From Octopus sinensis (taxonomy: Eukaryota), in NCBI RefSeq assembly GCF_006345805.1, contig NC_043002.1, positions 59,210,001 through 59,274,000 of the forward strand: a stretch of DNA of 64,000 nucleotides, read 5' to 3'. Position numbers and translations under genes: made by a program. The stretch's first letter is position 1. Each line of letters begins with the position of its first letter. Shown here in pieces: positions 37,495-49,911 of this stretch. A model generated the notes under the pieces. It made no database searches and was not told the DNA's origin. It saw nothing but the letters and a program-made list of their open reading frames with translations.

Positions 37495-37830
37495 ACCACA
37501 ACATGCTGGAGCATCACCTTTAGTCGAACAAATCGATCCCAGGACTTATTCTTTGTAAACCTAGTACTTATTTTATCGCTCTCTTTTTGCCGAACCACTA
37601 AGTTATGGGGGATTGTCAACATACCAACATTGGTCGTCAAGCGATGGTGGGGTGACAAACACAAACACACACACGAGGGGCTTCTTTCAGTTTCCGTCTA
37701 CCAAATCCACTCACAAAACTTTGGTCAGCCCGAGGCTATAGTAGAAGACACTTGTCCAAGGTGGCACGCAGTGGGTCTGAACCTGGAACCATGTTGTTGG
37801 GAAGCAAGCTTCTTACCACAGAGCCACTTC
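37495..37830 (-). mobile_element. SINE family A, near full length
   Basis: Reverse complement of 54390-54815; source of the 171-aa ORF. Confidence 0.85.
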
Positions 37831-37876
37831 CGCGCCTATCTCAAACATTATTTCAATAACACGTCTTCCTTCCTTC

Positions 37877-37910
<34 letters not shown>

Positions 37911-37994
37911 CCTAAAACATTTGACTTTTGAAGTATATTTATTACTACAAGATTTTTAAAGAAATGTATCGAACGATATAGAAAATTGATCATT

Positions 37995-38185
37995 TCTACT
38001 CTAGGCACAAAGCCCGAAATTTTGGGAAAGGGGTCTAGTCGATTACATCCCCCCGCTGACACTTAATTTATCGAACCCGAAAGGATGAAAGGCAAAGTCG
38101 ACCTCGGTAGAATTTGAACTCAGAACGTCTCGACGAGCTAAGCACTTCGTCCAGCGTACTAACGGTTCTGCTGGCTCGCCGCCTC
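37995..38185 (-). mobile_element. SINE family B
   Basis: ctctaggcacaaagcccg tail, core and head gctggctcgccgcc all present. Confidence 0.85.
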
Positions 38186-38865
38186 GACAATTACAATTTT
38201 GTTTTCAATTTTGTTTACAATAATGTTTTCCTTTGACATATTCTACCAGTATACGAAGTTTCAAATTGTTTAGTTAACTAAAAAATTCCGTCCATCAAAA
38301 GGAAAAGATCCTATGGCGTTATATCCAAGTGGAAGCAACTTGCATGTATAAAAATGTAGTTACTTCCCTTGATAGTATAATTTTGTAAGAGTTACCTCCC
38401 ATATTTATGTATTTCAAAAAATTATTTTCTCTTTGAAATATATTTATGATTTGGAATTGCGTTGAAATGGCTTGTATCTTAGAAACTTTTGGCTTATATC
38501 AGTCATTGGATTGCGGCCATTCTGGGGCTATACTAAAGAGCCTCTTACATACCCATGACCGGATACCTCTCGATGACTTTCGATGCAATGGCAATATTCT
38601 GAAGAGGCGCAGCAACCGTTATACACACACACATACTCACACGCACACACTAATTTTTTAGTTATAGAATTCCCTAGAATCAAGGCACATCAATAGGGAG
38701 GGCGCCAGGAAGGTTAGGTACAATAACATAGGGTTCATAGTGAAGTAAAAAAAAATCTACAAAGTTGTCAAGCGTTGGCTGGTACTGGAAATATGTAAAT
38801 ACCAAATCCAATTATTTATACAGTAGATTCGACTCAGGGTTAGTTCTAGGTGTGGTGTATATATA

Positions 38866-39600
38866 AGGGGGTACCCAAAAGAAACCAGAAATTTGCAATG
38901 TTATTTTATTAACTTAGTTTTACACGTTTACACTTTTATCGCCTTCGAAGTATTCTCTATTCGAGGCAATGTATCAGCCTTAACGCGTGTTCCACTGTTG
39001 GAAACAGTACTTGATCTCTTCCGAAGTGATGCCTTTTAACACATCCGTCGTTTCTTTTTTCTTCACCTCTTCCACATCTGCAAATTCCGTACGATAGCCT
39101 TTCGTCACCGGTGATGACCTTCGAAAAGAGTGTCCTAGTCAATTTCCAACTGTCCTTTCAGTTCACGACACGCATTCAGTCGTGACTGCTTTTGATCTAC
39201 CGCGAGCAAGCGAGGCACAAATTTTGCTGAAACATTTTTCATTCGCAATTCCTCGCTCAAAATTCGTTGGCAGGAGCTTCAAGACAAATCAGTCATTTCA
39301 ACAAGTTCGTCAAATGTTCGTTGATCGTCCCCAAAGTCAGTTCATAAATTTTCATGATGTTTTAATTCGTTCAGGAGGTCGACGGTTGTCCTGAACAAGA
39401 TGGGTCTTCAAGCGACAAGTAATCATTCCTAAATCATGAGAACGACTCGTAAACTTGTGTTTTGTTCATGGCAGCGTCCTGTTTCGGCCGCCAAATTTTA
39501 CAGCAGCATGCTGTTCCTTCATTTTCAACCATCGCAAAAATCGACGAACAGGAAAAAAACACTGCAAAGCAAATACGCGGATATAGATTGATGCCTTGAC
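38866..39600 (-). mobile_element. Mariner relic with internal deletion
   Basis: TIR-like ta-agggggtacccaaaagaaaccag. Minus-strand remnants MKEQHAAVKF, MNKTQVYE, KVITGDE, FQQW..YFEGD. Confidence 0.8.
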
Positions 39601-39602
39601 CA

Positions 39603-39650
<48 letters not shown>

Positions 39651-39653
<3 letters not shown>

Positions 39654-40090
39654 GATGAAAGTAAACAAAGTTTGTTTTTTTAGAAGCGTTGAGATGTATT
39701 GCAAGATACAGTAATATTTTTCTTATTCTCAAACGCGTGATAATGCTAAAAAATAGCGTGATCAGAATAAATTATCCATGTATTGCAGAAAAATACGTTA
39801 CCAGCCAGCCATGAGACTCGAACTCACTGTGATTACGCGTCAAGTGCTTTACCAATAAGCTAAACTGCCCAATAACGAATTTTTATGCAATTTTAGAACT
39901 TATAAATTTAGCTTCATAAGACGCTAACGTTAAATTCAACTTACGATGTTAGTAAAGAAACAAAGTTTGTCTTTTAGAAGCGTTGAGATGTATTGAAAGA
40001 TACAGAAATAAATTTTTCATTCTCAAACGTGTGATAATGCTAATAAAATAGCGTGATCAGGATAAATTATCCATACATTGCAGAAAAAAT
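39651..40090. repeat. Tandem repeat, period about 295 bp, about 1.5 copies
   Basis: acaaagtttg...gaagcgttgagatgtattg...cattgcagaaaaa occurs at 39665-39793 and again at 39960-40089. Confidence 0.85.
39803..39869 (-). pseudogene. tRNA-like pseudogene (Thr-CGT-like)
   Basis: Minus strand: GGCAGTT TA GCTT attggta AAGC A CTTGA cgcgtaa TCA ca GTGAG ttcgagt CTCAT GGCTGGC T. D and T arms intact; anticodon 3' stem and variable loop shortened; G at position 33. Confidence 0.6.
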
Positions 40091-40204
40091 CACTTCTAAA
40101 ACACAAGCTGCCCCAACTCTGATACTGGTCACCACACTCCCTAGTGATAACTTACATTAAGGGAAAAACCTGAACTTCTCATTAAATAACAAAACCGTCC
40201 AAAT

Positions 40205-40400
40205 TACTCTGGTCATTGGTCCTCCTGCCATTGCACAACCTGGATCTGGGACTCTCTGTCTTCCATCTGTTCGGTCCCATGAGGGACAGTCTTCAGGGAC
40301 AAATATTTGACGACACAGACGTTGTAAAAGTGGCTGGGAAGAAGTGGGTACAGCAGTGCAAACCTGGTTTTGGAGTTGGGTCCTACGAAGGCGCAGATCT
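40205..40400 (+). mobile_element. Mariner C-terminal remnant
   Basis: PLHNLDLGLSVFHLFGPMRDSLQGQIFDD resembles the YSPDLAPSDFHLFGPLK region. Confidence 0.65.
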
Positions 40401-40814
40401 GTCGTTTGTGAGGCGGAGACTGTGCTGAAGAGTATCTTTGCATATAGGAAGAGAGGTACTCGACCAATGCTTGCAGTTTCAACAACCCATGACTGTTAAT
40501 AAAATAGTTACTCCCATTTTTGCTTTACTTTTGGTCCAACTCCTGTGTATCCGTGTACTTTATGTATGTATGTATGTATGTATGTATGTATGTATGCATG
40601 TATGTTGTGTGTATATATGTTGGTGTATTATGTATGTATGTATGTATGTATGTATGTATGTATGTATGGGTGTGTATGTATGTGTGTGTGCATGTGCATG
40701 CATGCGGATGTGTATGTATGTGTGCGTATGAATGTACGTATGCCTGTGTGTATGTATGTATTCGTGTGTGCGTGTATCTATGTATGTACGTATGCATGTA
40801 TGTGTGTGTGTGTC

Positions 40815-41036
40815 ACCCTCTCCATACACAGCACAAATGTCACGAGCAGCTTTTTGCGGTCATAGAACCTTGATTTAAAGAAAGAAGGAGGTGTCGATAA
40901 TACTCGTTTTTCTTAACTTGACATTCCATTTTAATGATCTGAAAATGAACAAAAATTAACTAGAAAAAAAACAACAAAAACAAAATAGATTCCAAAACTT
41001 AAAAAAACAGTGGGAACTTGGTTGCCAACCCAATAT
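40815..41036 (-). mobile_element. Mariner 5' end (Hsmar1/cecropia-like)
   Basis: TIR tattgggttggcaaccaagttccc; MECQVKKNEYYRHLL...KAARDICAVYGEG. Confidence 0.8.
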
Positions 41037-41334
41037 GTATGTGTATGTACGTGCGTGTGTGCATGTATTATGTATGTATGTATGTATGTATGTATGTATG
41101 TATGTATGTATGTATGTATGTATGTATGTATGTGTATGTGTGTGTGTGTGTTTGTGTATGTATGTATGTATGTATGTATGCAAGCATGCATGCTTGCATA
41201 TATGTATGTGTTGTGTGTGTATATATGTATGTGTGTGTGTATGTATGTGTGTGTTTGTGGGTTTGTATATACTGTATGTGTATGCTGTACGTTATATTAC
41301 AAGTCTGTACGCTATATTCTGTACGTTATTTCAG

Positions 41335-41535
41335 AGGCGTCAAGCTGGCAGAAACGTCAGCGCGCCGGGCGAAATGCTTAGCGGTATTTCGTCTGTCGTC
41401 ACGTTCTGAGGTTGATTTTGCCTTGCGTCTTCTCGGGGTCGATAAATAAAGTACCAGTTTCGCACTGGGCCGATGTAATCGACTTAATCCCGTTGTCTGT
41501 CCTTGTTTGTTCCCTCTATGTGGGTAGTAAAGAAA
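41335..41535 (+). mobile_element. SINE family B with head
   Basis: gctggcagaaacgtcagcgcgccgggcgaaatgcttagcggtatttcgtctg...gtagtaaagaaat. A GTGAAGG-type SINE follows on the minus strand at 41585-41767. Confidence 0.8.
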
Positions 41536-41829
41536 TATATATCACAAGTCGTAATATATAGTAAAGAAATATATATCACAAGTTGTAAAAAGGGCGCATA
41601 GGGTCGCTTACCCAGTTTCCATGGCGTATAAAGGACCAAGACCATACCCCTCCCCCTGACTGAGATGCCACTCCGCTGCCGCAGCTGAGTGGGCTGGCAA
41701 CGGGCATCGAAACCACTATCATGAGATCGTTAGTGCAAAACCTTAACCACTGAACTAGAGCCTTCCCGTGATCATGTGTGTGTGTGTGGTGTGTGTGTGT
41801 GTATGTGTGTGTGTGTGGTGTGTGTGTGT

Positions 41830-41872
<43 letters not shown>

Positions 41873-41980
41873 CGTGTGTGTATGTATATGTATATATAAG
41901 TATGTGTGTGCGTATATGTAATGAAGAACAAAATGAAAAATACAAGAAAAAGACGGCATAAGTTTACGACAAGAATATTA

Positions 41981-42684
41981 TTTTCCACTCTAGGCACAAG
42001 GCCCGCAATTTTTGGGGAGGGGCCAGTCGATTAGATCGACCACAGTACACAACTGGTACTTAATTTATGGACCCCGAGAGGATAAAAGGAGAAGTCGACC
42101 TCAGCGGAATTTGAACTCAGAATGTAAAGACAGACGAAATACCTATTTCTTTACTACACACAAGGGGGTAAACACAGAGAAGACAAACAAACGGATTAAG
42201 TCGATTCTATCGACCTCAGTGCGAAACTGGTACTTATTTAATCGACCCCGAAAGGATGAAAGGCAAAGTCGACCTCGGCGGAATTTGAACTCAGAACGTA
42301 GCAGCAGACGATACACCTATTTCTTTACTACCCACAAGGGGCTAAACACAGAGGACAAACAAGGACAGACAAACGGATTAAGTCGATTATATCGACCCCA
42401 GTGCGTAACTGGTACTTATTTAATCGACCCCGAAAAGATGAAAGGCAAAGTCGACTTCGGTGGTGTTTGAACTCAGAATGTAGCAGCAGAAGAAATACCT
42501 ATTTCTTTACTACCCACAAGGGGCTAAACACAGAGAGGACAAACAAGGGCAGACAATTTATCGACCCCGAAAGGATGAAAGGCGAAGTCGACCTTGGCGG
42601 TATTTGAACTCAGAACGTAACGGCAGACGAAATACCGCTAAGCATTTCGCCCGGTGTTCTAACGTTTCTGCCAGCTCGCTGCCT
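41981..42684 (-). mobile_element. SINE family B concatemer (one head, four bodies) inside an 18-bp TSD
   Basis: TTTACGACAAGAATATTA at 41963-41980 and 42685-42702; junction motif at 42136, 42310, 42492 and 42629. Confidence 0.9.
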
Positions 42685-42989
42685 TTTACGACAAGAATAT
42701 TAGTTAAACGCTCACGCGAACTTCTCATGTGTATCCAACTCAATCATCGGACTGCTTTAATTCTTGGAGTTCTACTCGTGCTTCCCAGCAACTGGACAAC
42801 TGCTGCCATTCGTTAACTTCATCTTTTAGCACCATTACTTTCTATATTCTTCGGAGAAATCTCCAAGATTCCCTAAATATAATTTGAAACCGTGCGAAAT
42901 GTCCATGCGAAATGAAGAACCGTAAGACGAAACTGTCAGTTAACAGGAAATATGCTGCTTTTATATTTCCCGAAACAAATATATCACTT

Positions 42990-43027
<38 letters not shown>

Positions 43028-43171
43028 ACACACATACACACACAAACACACACAACCACATACACACACACACACACTATACATACTTAATATATAATAT
43101 AAAATATGTATATAATATACATCTATATGATATACACACATATATACATATATATATACACATATATATAC

Positions 43172-43206
<35 letters not shown>

Positions 43207-43376
43207 GTGTATCATACATGAGATGATGCAATATGCGTGAATGTGCGTGTGTTTGCATGTGGATACATAAATAAAATTTTGATATATATGCATACATACA
43301 TATACATTCACCGTAATACACACACAAACACACACACACACACATATATTTATACATGTATATCCACATACACTTA

Positions 43377-43439
<63 letters not shown>

Positions 43440-43784
43440 TTATGTGCTGCAGTTATTATCTCTTAACTGCCACATCTCGCTCGACTGAACTGTCTTAAAG
43501 TAAAACGTCTTTTACCGCTGACTTCGCACACGAACCATGGAAATTCTTCTGAAACGAAACCGACGCTCATCATAATTCAATAAATCGAAATTTTCTCAAA
43601 GGATTCAATGGCCAAAGTGAAAGGAACCGGATTAATTCAGTTATTGGAGATCCATGTAGTAATTTCAATTTACCAGGACCTGATCTCTTTGCCGCTTACC
43701 ACAAAGCGACAAAACAGCTCAAAGATATTAATTAATTATTAAGGTAATAATTAATGTAATAAACACTGGATCTTTATCGTTTGT

Positions 43785-43990
43785 ATTTTACTTGTTTCAG
43801 TCATTATACTGCGGCCATGCTGGGGCACAATCTTGAAGAGTTTTAGTGAAACGAATAAACCCCAGTGTTTATGATTATTTTAAAAATCCTGGTACTTATT
43901 CTATCAAAATGCTTTGCCGAACCGCTAGGTTACGGGGATGTAAACATACCAACACTGGTTGTCAAGTGATGATGGGGACAAGCACCTCCC
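43785..43990 (-). mobile_element. SINE family A, 3' half
   Basis: gtttcagtcatt..ctgcggccatgctggggcac...gggatgtaaacataccaacactggttgtcaag. Confidence 0.75.
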
Positions 43991-44069
43991 ATACGCACAT
44001 GCACACTCACCTACACACACGGAACGCATTCTATACATCCGTGTATATGCAAATATATAGACAGACACA

Positions 44070-44990
44070 CATATGAGATGCACAATATCTCAAGTCTCTT
44101 CTTTTCAGAGCTTTTCAACAGCTTTCTGGACAACATCATAGAGGAGTCTATTTCCATTGGACGATGGCCCATTTCCAACTGACGCTTAACTGATAACATT
44201 GACCTGTTTGGAAGTAGTAAAGCAGAACGCCTGGAACTTAAAACTGGGCTTGAAAAACTATGAGGAGCATACGGTATGGAGATCAGAAAGGAGCAAGGTC
44301 CTGGTTAATAGTAACTGTCAGAAAACAGTAACTAACATCATGTTGAATGGAGAGAGACTTGACAGACTGGATATCTTCATGTACATAGGATTCATTTTGA
44401 TCAAGGATGGCAGATCTCAAAAAGTGAAAACAAAAAGACTCGCTTCGGCCTCTGGTGCCATGGCAAAACTGAACAACATAGTAAAGCAACTCCGTTAGTT
44501 TTCCAACAAGAACGAAAGTGTACAAGTCTCTGACGACTTCAATCTTTTTGTGTGGGTCTTAAAGCTGAACTCTTATGGCTGATATGGAAAAAGAAATTCA
44601 GGCATTTGAGTAGAAGTGCTTCAGAAGAGCGCTATATATCCTGTACGCAGAGAACAAAACGAATAAATAAATACGCTGGAAGGCGAGAGCCACTTCTTGC
44701 ACAGGTTAAAAGACAAAGGTTTGCCTGGTACGGTCACGTAACCCGCCACAACTCCCTGTCCAAAACATTCTTTCAGGGAACCGTTGAGTAGGGCAGACGA
44801 CAAGCAGAGGGGAAAGAACCTGGTTTGACATCAAGGACTGGACATGAGAGAGAGAGGGAAAGAGAGAGAGAGAGAAAGAGGGAGAGAGCGCAGAGACCAG
44901 TAGCGACGGTTGACTGCAAAAGCGTCAAGAGCGGTAGCCAAAAAACTGGCAACTGATGAGGATAATGATGATGATGATGATGATGATGAT
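44070..44990 (+). mobile_element. RTE LINE 3' fragment (third family), degenerate
   Basis: ELFNSFLDNI, RLTDNIDL (RFADDIDL), LDIFMYIG, QRFAWYGHVTRHNSLSKTFFQGTVE; (GAT)n tail. Confidence 0.85.
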
Positions 44991-45236
44991 ATATATATAT
45001 AGTCAAAAGGTGAACTTAAGCTCCAAAATCTCCCTTGAGAACAAAGTCCACGAGATAAAGAGTAGCTATAAGAGAAATCCAGGTGACCTGATATGGAGAG
45101 AGTGATGCAGATAAACACGGTCAGTTTGATATATATATAAACATATATAATAAACATATATACATATAAGTACATGCACATACACACACATAGATACATA
45201 TAACTAAATATATTCAGAAGATACTGTGATAAGTAT

Positions 45237-46015
45237 ATCTATATACGAAAATGTGTAATGGTGTCTGTCTGTGTGTGTTTGGGGTTACTCTAACTCCTTT
45301 CGCACCGTCCAACCGATTTTAATGATTTTTGGCACAGAGGTAGATCACATGCTCTGAAGTTCAAATAAAGCCGGAATTTTTCAGAAACTCGATATTGCTC
45401 AGTTGGCATCGATTTTTGTGAGCTCAATCGGGTGTTTGAATGGAAATTCCCATAACGATGTTATTTTTCCTGCAGCTTTTGCATTTTTTGTCCTATTTTG
45501 ATGAAAATTGATGAGTGAGCGACGCTCATGATAGTGAGTTGATGTCAGTATATGGCGTTGACAAAAAATCGATAGTTGCACCTGAGCAGTGGTTTTATAA
45601 AATCAATAGGCTTTTTGCGTGTAAATACCCATAGGGATTTCATTTTTGGTTGTAATTTTTATATTTTCATCTAAATGGATTTTATTTTATGACATAACCT
45701 TAACATTTCTCTTCGGATTTTGCTGAGATTGGACACACTGATCAATTTGGTATAGAGGATGGCATTAAGGGGAGAGAAATAAACAAACATCACTCTCAAC
45801 AGGTCGAGGTACCCCCAAAAGTTTGACTGCAATTTCAGACGGTCCAGTATGTAAGAGTATGTCGAAAGCGTTAACCGGGTAAAATCTCTGCCGAACCAGA
45901 TATAATATCTTAGTGGGTAATAGATGGCGTGGGGAACATAGAAGATTTCAATACAAGGTCAGAAGTGGGCTTAACTTGAACACGGAATATACGGGCAACG
46001 CCGCGTCCAACAGCT

Positions 46016-46018
<3 letters not shown>
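45237..46018 (+). mobile_element. Helentron/DINE-1-like element
   Basis: 5' ctatatac..gtctgtctgtgtg..aaccgattt; 3' cgggcaacgccg...cagcttgt followed by (TA)n. Confidence 0.6.
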
Positions 46019-46061
<43 letters not shown>

Positions 46062-46130
46062 CCAGAATATATGCATAAATGTGAAAGAAGGTGGAAGAAA
46101 ATAGTACTCGAATACCGGAGATACAGTGAT

Positions 46131-46293
46131 ATACTTTATTAATAAAGCTGCAAAAGCATAACAAAAACTGTTACTCAGAATTTCATGTTCCCGTTCGTCG
46201 GAGAGTTTTTGTTGAGAATTCTGTCCGACGAACGGGGACGTGAAATTCTGAGTAATAGTTTTTTGTGATGTTTTTGCAGCTTTATTAATAAAG

Positions 46294-46296
<3 letters not shown>
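46131..46296. repeat. 166-bp imperfect palindrome of a Penelope-associated repeat; each arm carries a hammerhead-like motif
   Basis: Arms 46131-46202 and 46224-46296 differ at about 6 positions in about 73. Confidence 0.9.
46221..46258 (+). ncRNA. Minimal type-I hammerhead-like motif (core CCGACGA, U4C); mirror copy on the minus strand at about 46164-46209
   Basis: ctgt CCGACGA ACG ggga CGT GAAA TTC t GAG TA atag: stems I, II and III pair, GUA triplet. Confidence 0.55.
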
Positions 46297-46327
<31 letters not shown>

Positions 46328-46502
46328 GTGTGTGTGTGTGCGTGTGTGTGTGCGTGTGTGTATGTGTGTGATTGTGTGTGTGTTTGTGTGTGACAACAAT
46401 ATATATTGTGCCTCTCCAATATATATTAAGTTATAATTGATTAAAGCATGGTATCGTTTGCTGGAATTTCTAAACTTGGTGTGCGGTCATCGCGTTACCG
46501 AT

Positions 46503-46581
46503 CGAACGAGCCCCCGTTCGGGAGATCTCTCCTTCTTTCGAAGGAGAGGTGTATGTTGAATTCTTCGAATTCAAGACATAC
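46503..46581 (-). other. Three contiguous hairpins of unknown function
   Basis: 6-bp, 9-bp and 13-bp stems. Minus-strand loops include cGAAAg and cGAAg. Confidence 0.6.
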
Positions 46582-47180
46582 CTACACACACATAAACGTG
46601 TATGCACGCACGCACATACATAAATACGCATTCACACATACAAACTCACACACACACATACTTATGCAAACACACTTAGACATCAAAAAATGAAAATTAT
46701 AATATAGGATACTACACTATTATTAATGAAAAATGAATGAGAACGCTAGAAAAACAAATATAAATTTAAATAATACAAATAAATTAATTAATTAGTTAAT
46801 TACAAATGCTAAATTATCAAAGCTCACATTAGAGAAAAGTTGTGGTTTGCTTACAAAATCACGGAGTACGTGACACCTTATAATTATTTCGTGAGTAGCA
46901 TGAAGGTAAAAGGCCCCGAGCTACAGACATCTTTATGTAAATATAGTGTTATGATAGTTTGGATAAACGAACAGAGAAGAAGAGGTAGACCATCTCTCAT
47001 TATATATATATATATACATGTATGTGTGTGTGTGTATATATACATGTATGGATATATAATTATGCATATATTACGGATGTATAGTGACAAATTGTTAGAC
47101 AGATATGATACAATATTTCGTTCACGGAAAGTACAGAACGTGTACAAATATATACGTGTATAAATAAATATATATGTGTA

Positions 47181-48059
47181 TGAGTCGTCTGATCAATAAG
47201 TACCCGGACTGTTGCCGTAGTAACAAAGCTAAAGCACGTAGTGTAATGCCACTTGGCACAGATTGATCTTGAACTCTGCTGTGTACGTGCACTAAGTTTT
47301 ACTGTTCTAGCTCACTCCCACTGTTCACAGTAGTTCTTGGAAGGAAGGTGTGTAGCGTGTGATCGTTGCATTGATCGTGACAGAGATAGTTGAGTAGAGA
47401 ATCTGCATCAAATTTTGCCAAAAGCTTGGCAATACCTGCTCAGATGCCCACACAAAGTTTTCAAGAAGTTTTCGTTCTCGACTCAATCAAGGAGATTTTG
47501 TGCAACTGAAACCCGAGTGTCTGTTTGGTGAGCTGAAAGCAGTTTTGGCACAAACTAGGCAGACACGCGTCTCATACCCAAATATTTAGTGATAATGGAC
47601 TGAACTGGACCGTAACTAATCTGCACATCCTCTGATAACTCACGGATGGTGATTCGACGATTTCCCTCCACAGCCGCCAGAACATCTGCGATGTTTTTCT
47701 CAGTTCTGGCTGGTGCGGGTTTCCCGAACGTTCGTCAATATCGACATTTTTCGGCTATCTTGGAAACGTCTACACCACCCATACACTTGTGTGCGGCTCA
47801 CCACCCCTTCTCCATACACATTCTGCTACTTTGCGTAAGTATCTGAGCATATATAACCATGACAACTTTCTCTGTCATGGTCAATGTAACGGTCACACAC
47901 TACACACCTTCCTTCCAAGCACTGCTGTAAACAACGAAAGTGAGCTAGTACGTTAAAACTTAGTGCGCATGCACAACAGAGTCTAGCGGTCAATGTTTGC
48001 CAAGTGGCTTCAGTTACGTTACTATAGTAACAGTCCAGATACTTATTGATCAGACCTCG
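47181..48059. mobile_element. Mariner derivative built from two inverted 5' ends
   Basis: TIRs (gagtcgtctgatcaataagtacccggactg / gaggtctgatcaataagtatctggactg) with TA flanks. Homologous 5' UTRs on both arms; transposase N-terminal remnants on both strands. Confidence 0.8.
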
Positions 48060-48661
48060 TATGTATATATACATACATACACACACACATATACATGGTC
48101 TATACGTGCATACGTACACACATACACAAATACATACATATATACATACACATATCCACATACACATTCATACATACATACATACATACATACATACATA
48201 CATACATACATACATACATACGTACATGCATGCATACATACATACATACATACATACATACATACATACATACATACATCATACATACATGCACACACAG
48301 GGACACACGCACGCATACACACACGCACACTGAAGGATCATTCGTTACTTTTTCGTATAGTACATATTTAGTTATTTTTACGAAGAAAATGTTGACAGTG
48401 AGTTTGAAGTCTCAATTAACTCTCCGTCATCAGACTATCTTTAATGAGAAAGTATGATGACAAAGGGAAAGCTGAAACTTCCAAGTTACTGTCAACTTCA
48501 CCCTGAAAAAATTTAAATATATCATATAGAAAAATATAAATATAAGTATACGTATGCATACCAAGAAACATAAACGGTATTGTATAGATATATATGTGCG
48601 TATAAGTTCAATCCTTCATCAGCTATCGACCAAAAATCATGAAAATTTCGACACCACCTAT

Positions 48662-48816
<155 letters not shown>

Positions 48817-49006
48817 AGATGTACTCGCATAGCAAGTAATTTGATCTGAGATCATGTGCTGAAACGATGCAGCACGGATTTTTGTCAGTGAACAGGTCCG
48901 CGGATTTTAGCGACGAAAATATTTTGACAAATTAAACTTAAATGTTGAAGTGAATCGAACAGCTTTTTTTGTTCTTAAATGTCTTACAAACCACTTCCAC
49001 GCTGCA

Positions 49007-49113
<107 letters not shown>

Positions 49114-49625
49114 ATATATATGATATATATAGATAATTGTGCGGATAGATGTGTGCAATTATTACGCAAAATTTAGATATACAAGCGCATTTGTATACAC
49201 ACACTTGATATATATTCATTTTCACTTATTTTTTATACGGTTAAGGAATAAAGTATTTATCTTAAAATTTGCAAAATCACGAGAGACATTCCCCACTATG
49301 TAACACAATGGCAGTTACTATCTTGATTCCATTAACTCAATATTTTATGTATTTACAGACGTACACTTAATGTTTACACCAAGGAAAGAAAATAGAACAT
49401 GAAACGGACCGTAAATGCAACTAACTTAAAAGTTGTAGCCATTTATTGGAACAGAGCCCGAATCCAATGCATTAAAGTAACATTTTGTTTCATAATAATC
49501 TGCTTATTTACTTTTTATATTTAATAATCAAAACTAATATTTGTATACACACACACACATACATATATGTATATATAGGTATGTATGTGTATATGTATGT
49601 ATGTATGTGTATATGTATGTATGTG

Positions 49626-49657
<32 letters not shown>

Positions 49658-49825
49658 TATATATATATATAGGTGTATATATATATATACAGGCAGATGG
49701 TGTACAAAACAAACAAATGTATTAGTATAACGCTCAGAAATAGAAAAAAGTCTTTTACGTTTCGAGCCTACGTATATATATATGATATATATATATATAG
49801 GTATGTATGTAATATAAGTTGCATG

Positions 49826-49876
<51 letters not shown>

Positions 49877-49911
49877 GCATATATGTATGTATGAATGTGT
49901 GTGGGTGTATA

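Noticed and set aside
41981-42684. SINE array as a CRISPR array or a retrozyme
   Set aside because: Whole units repeat with no unique spacers and there are no cas genes. I found no CUGANGA/GAAA hammerhead core in the unit on either strand.
42910-42950. ATGAAGA..GAAACTGTCAGTT hammerhead-like string
   Set aside because: C3 is absent, stem II is unpaired and there is no stem I partner.
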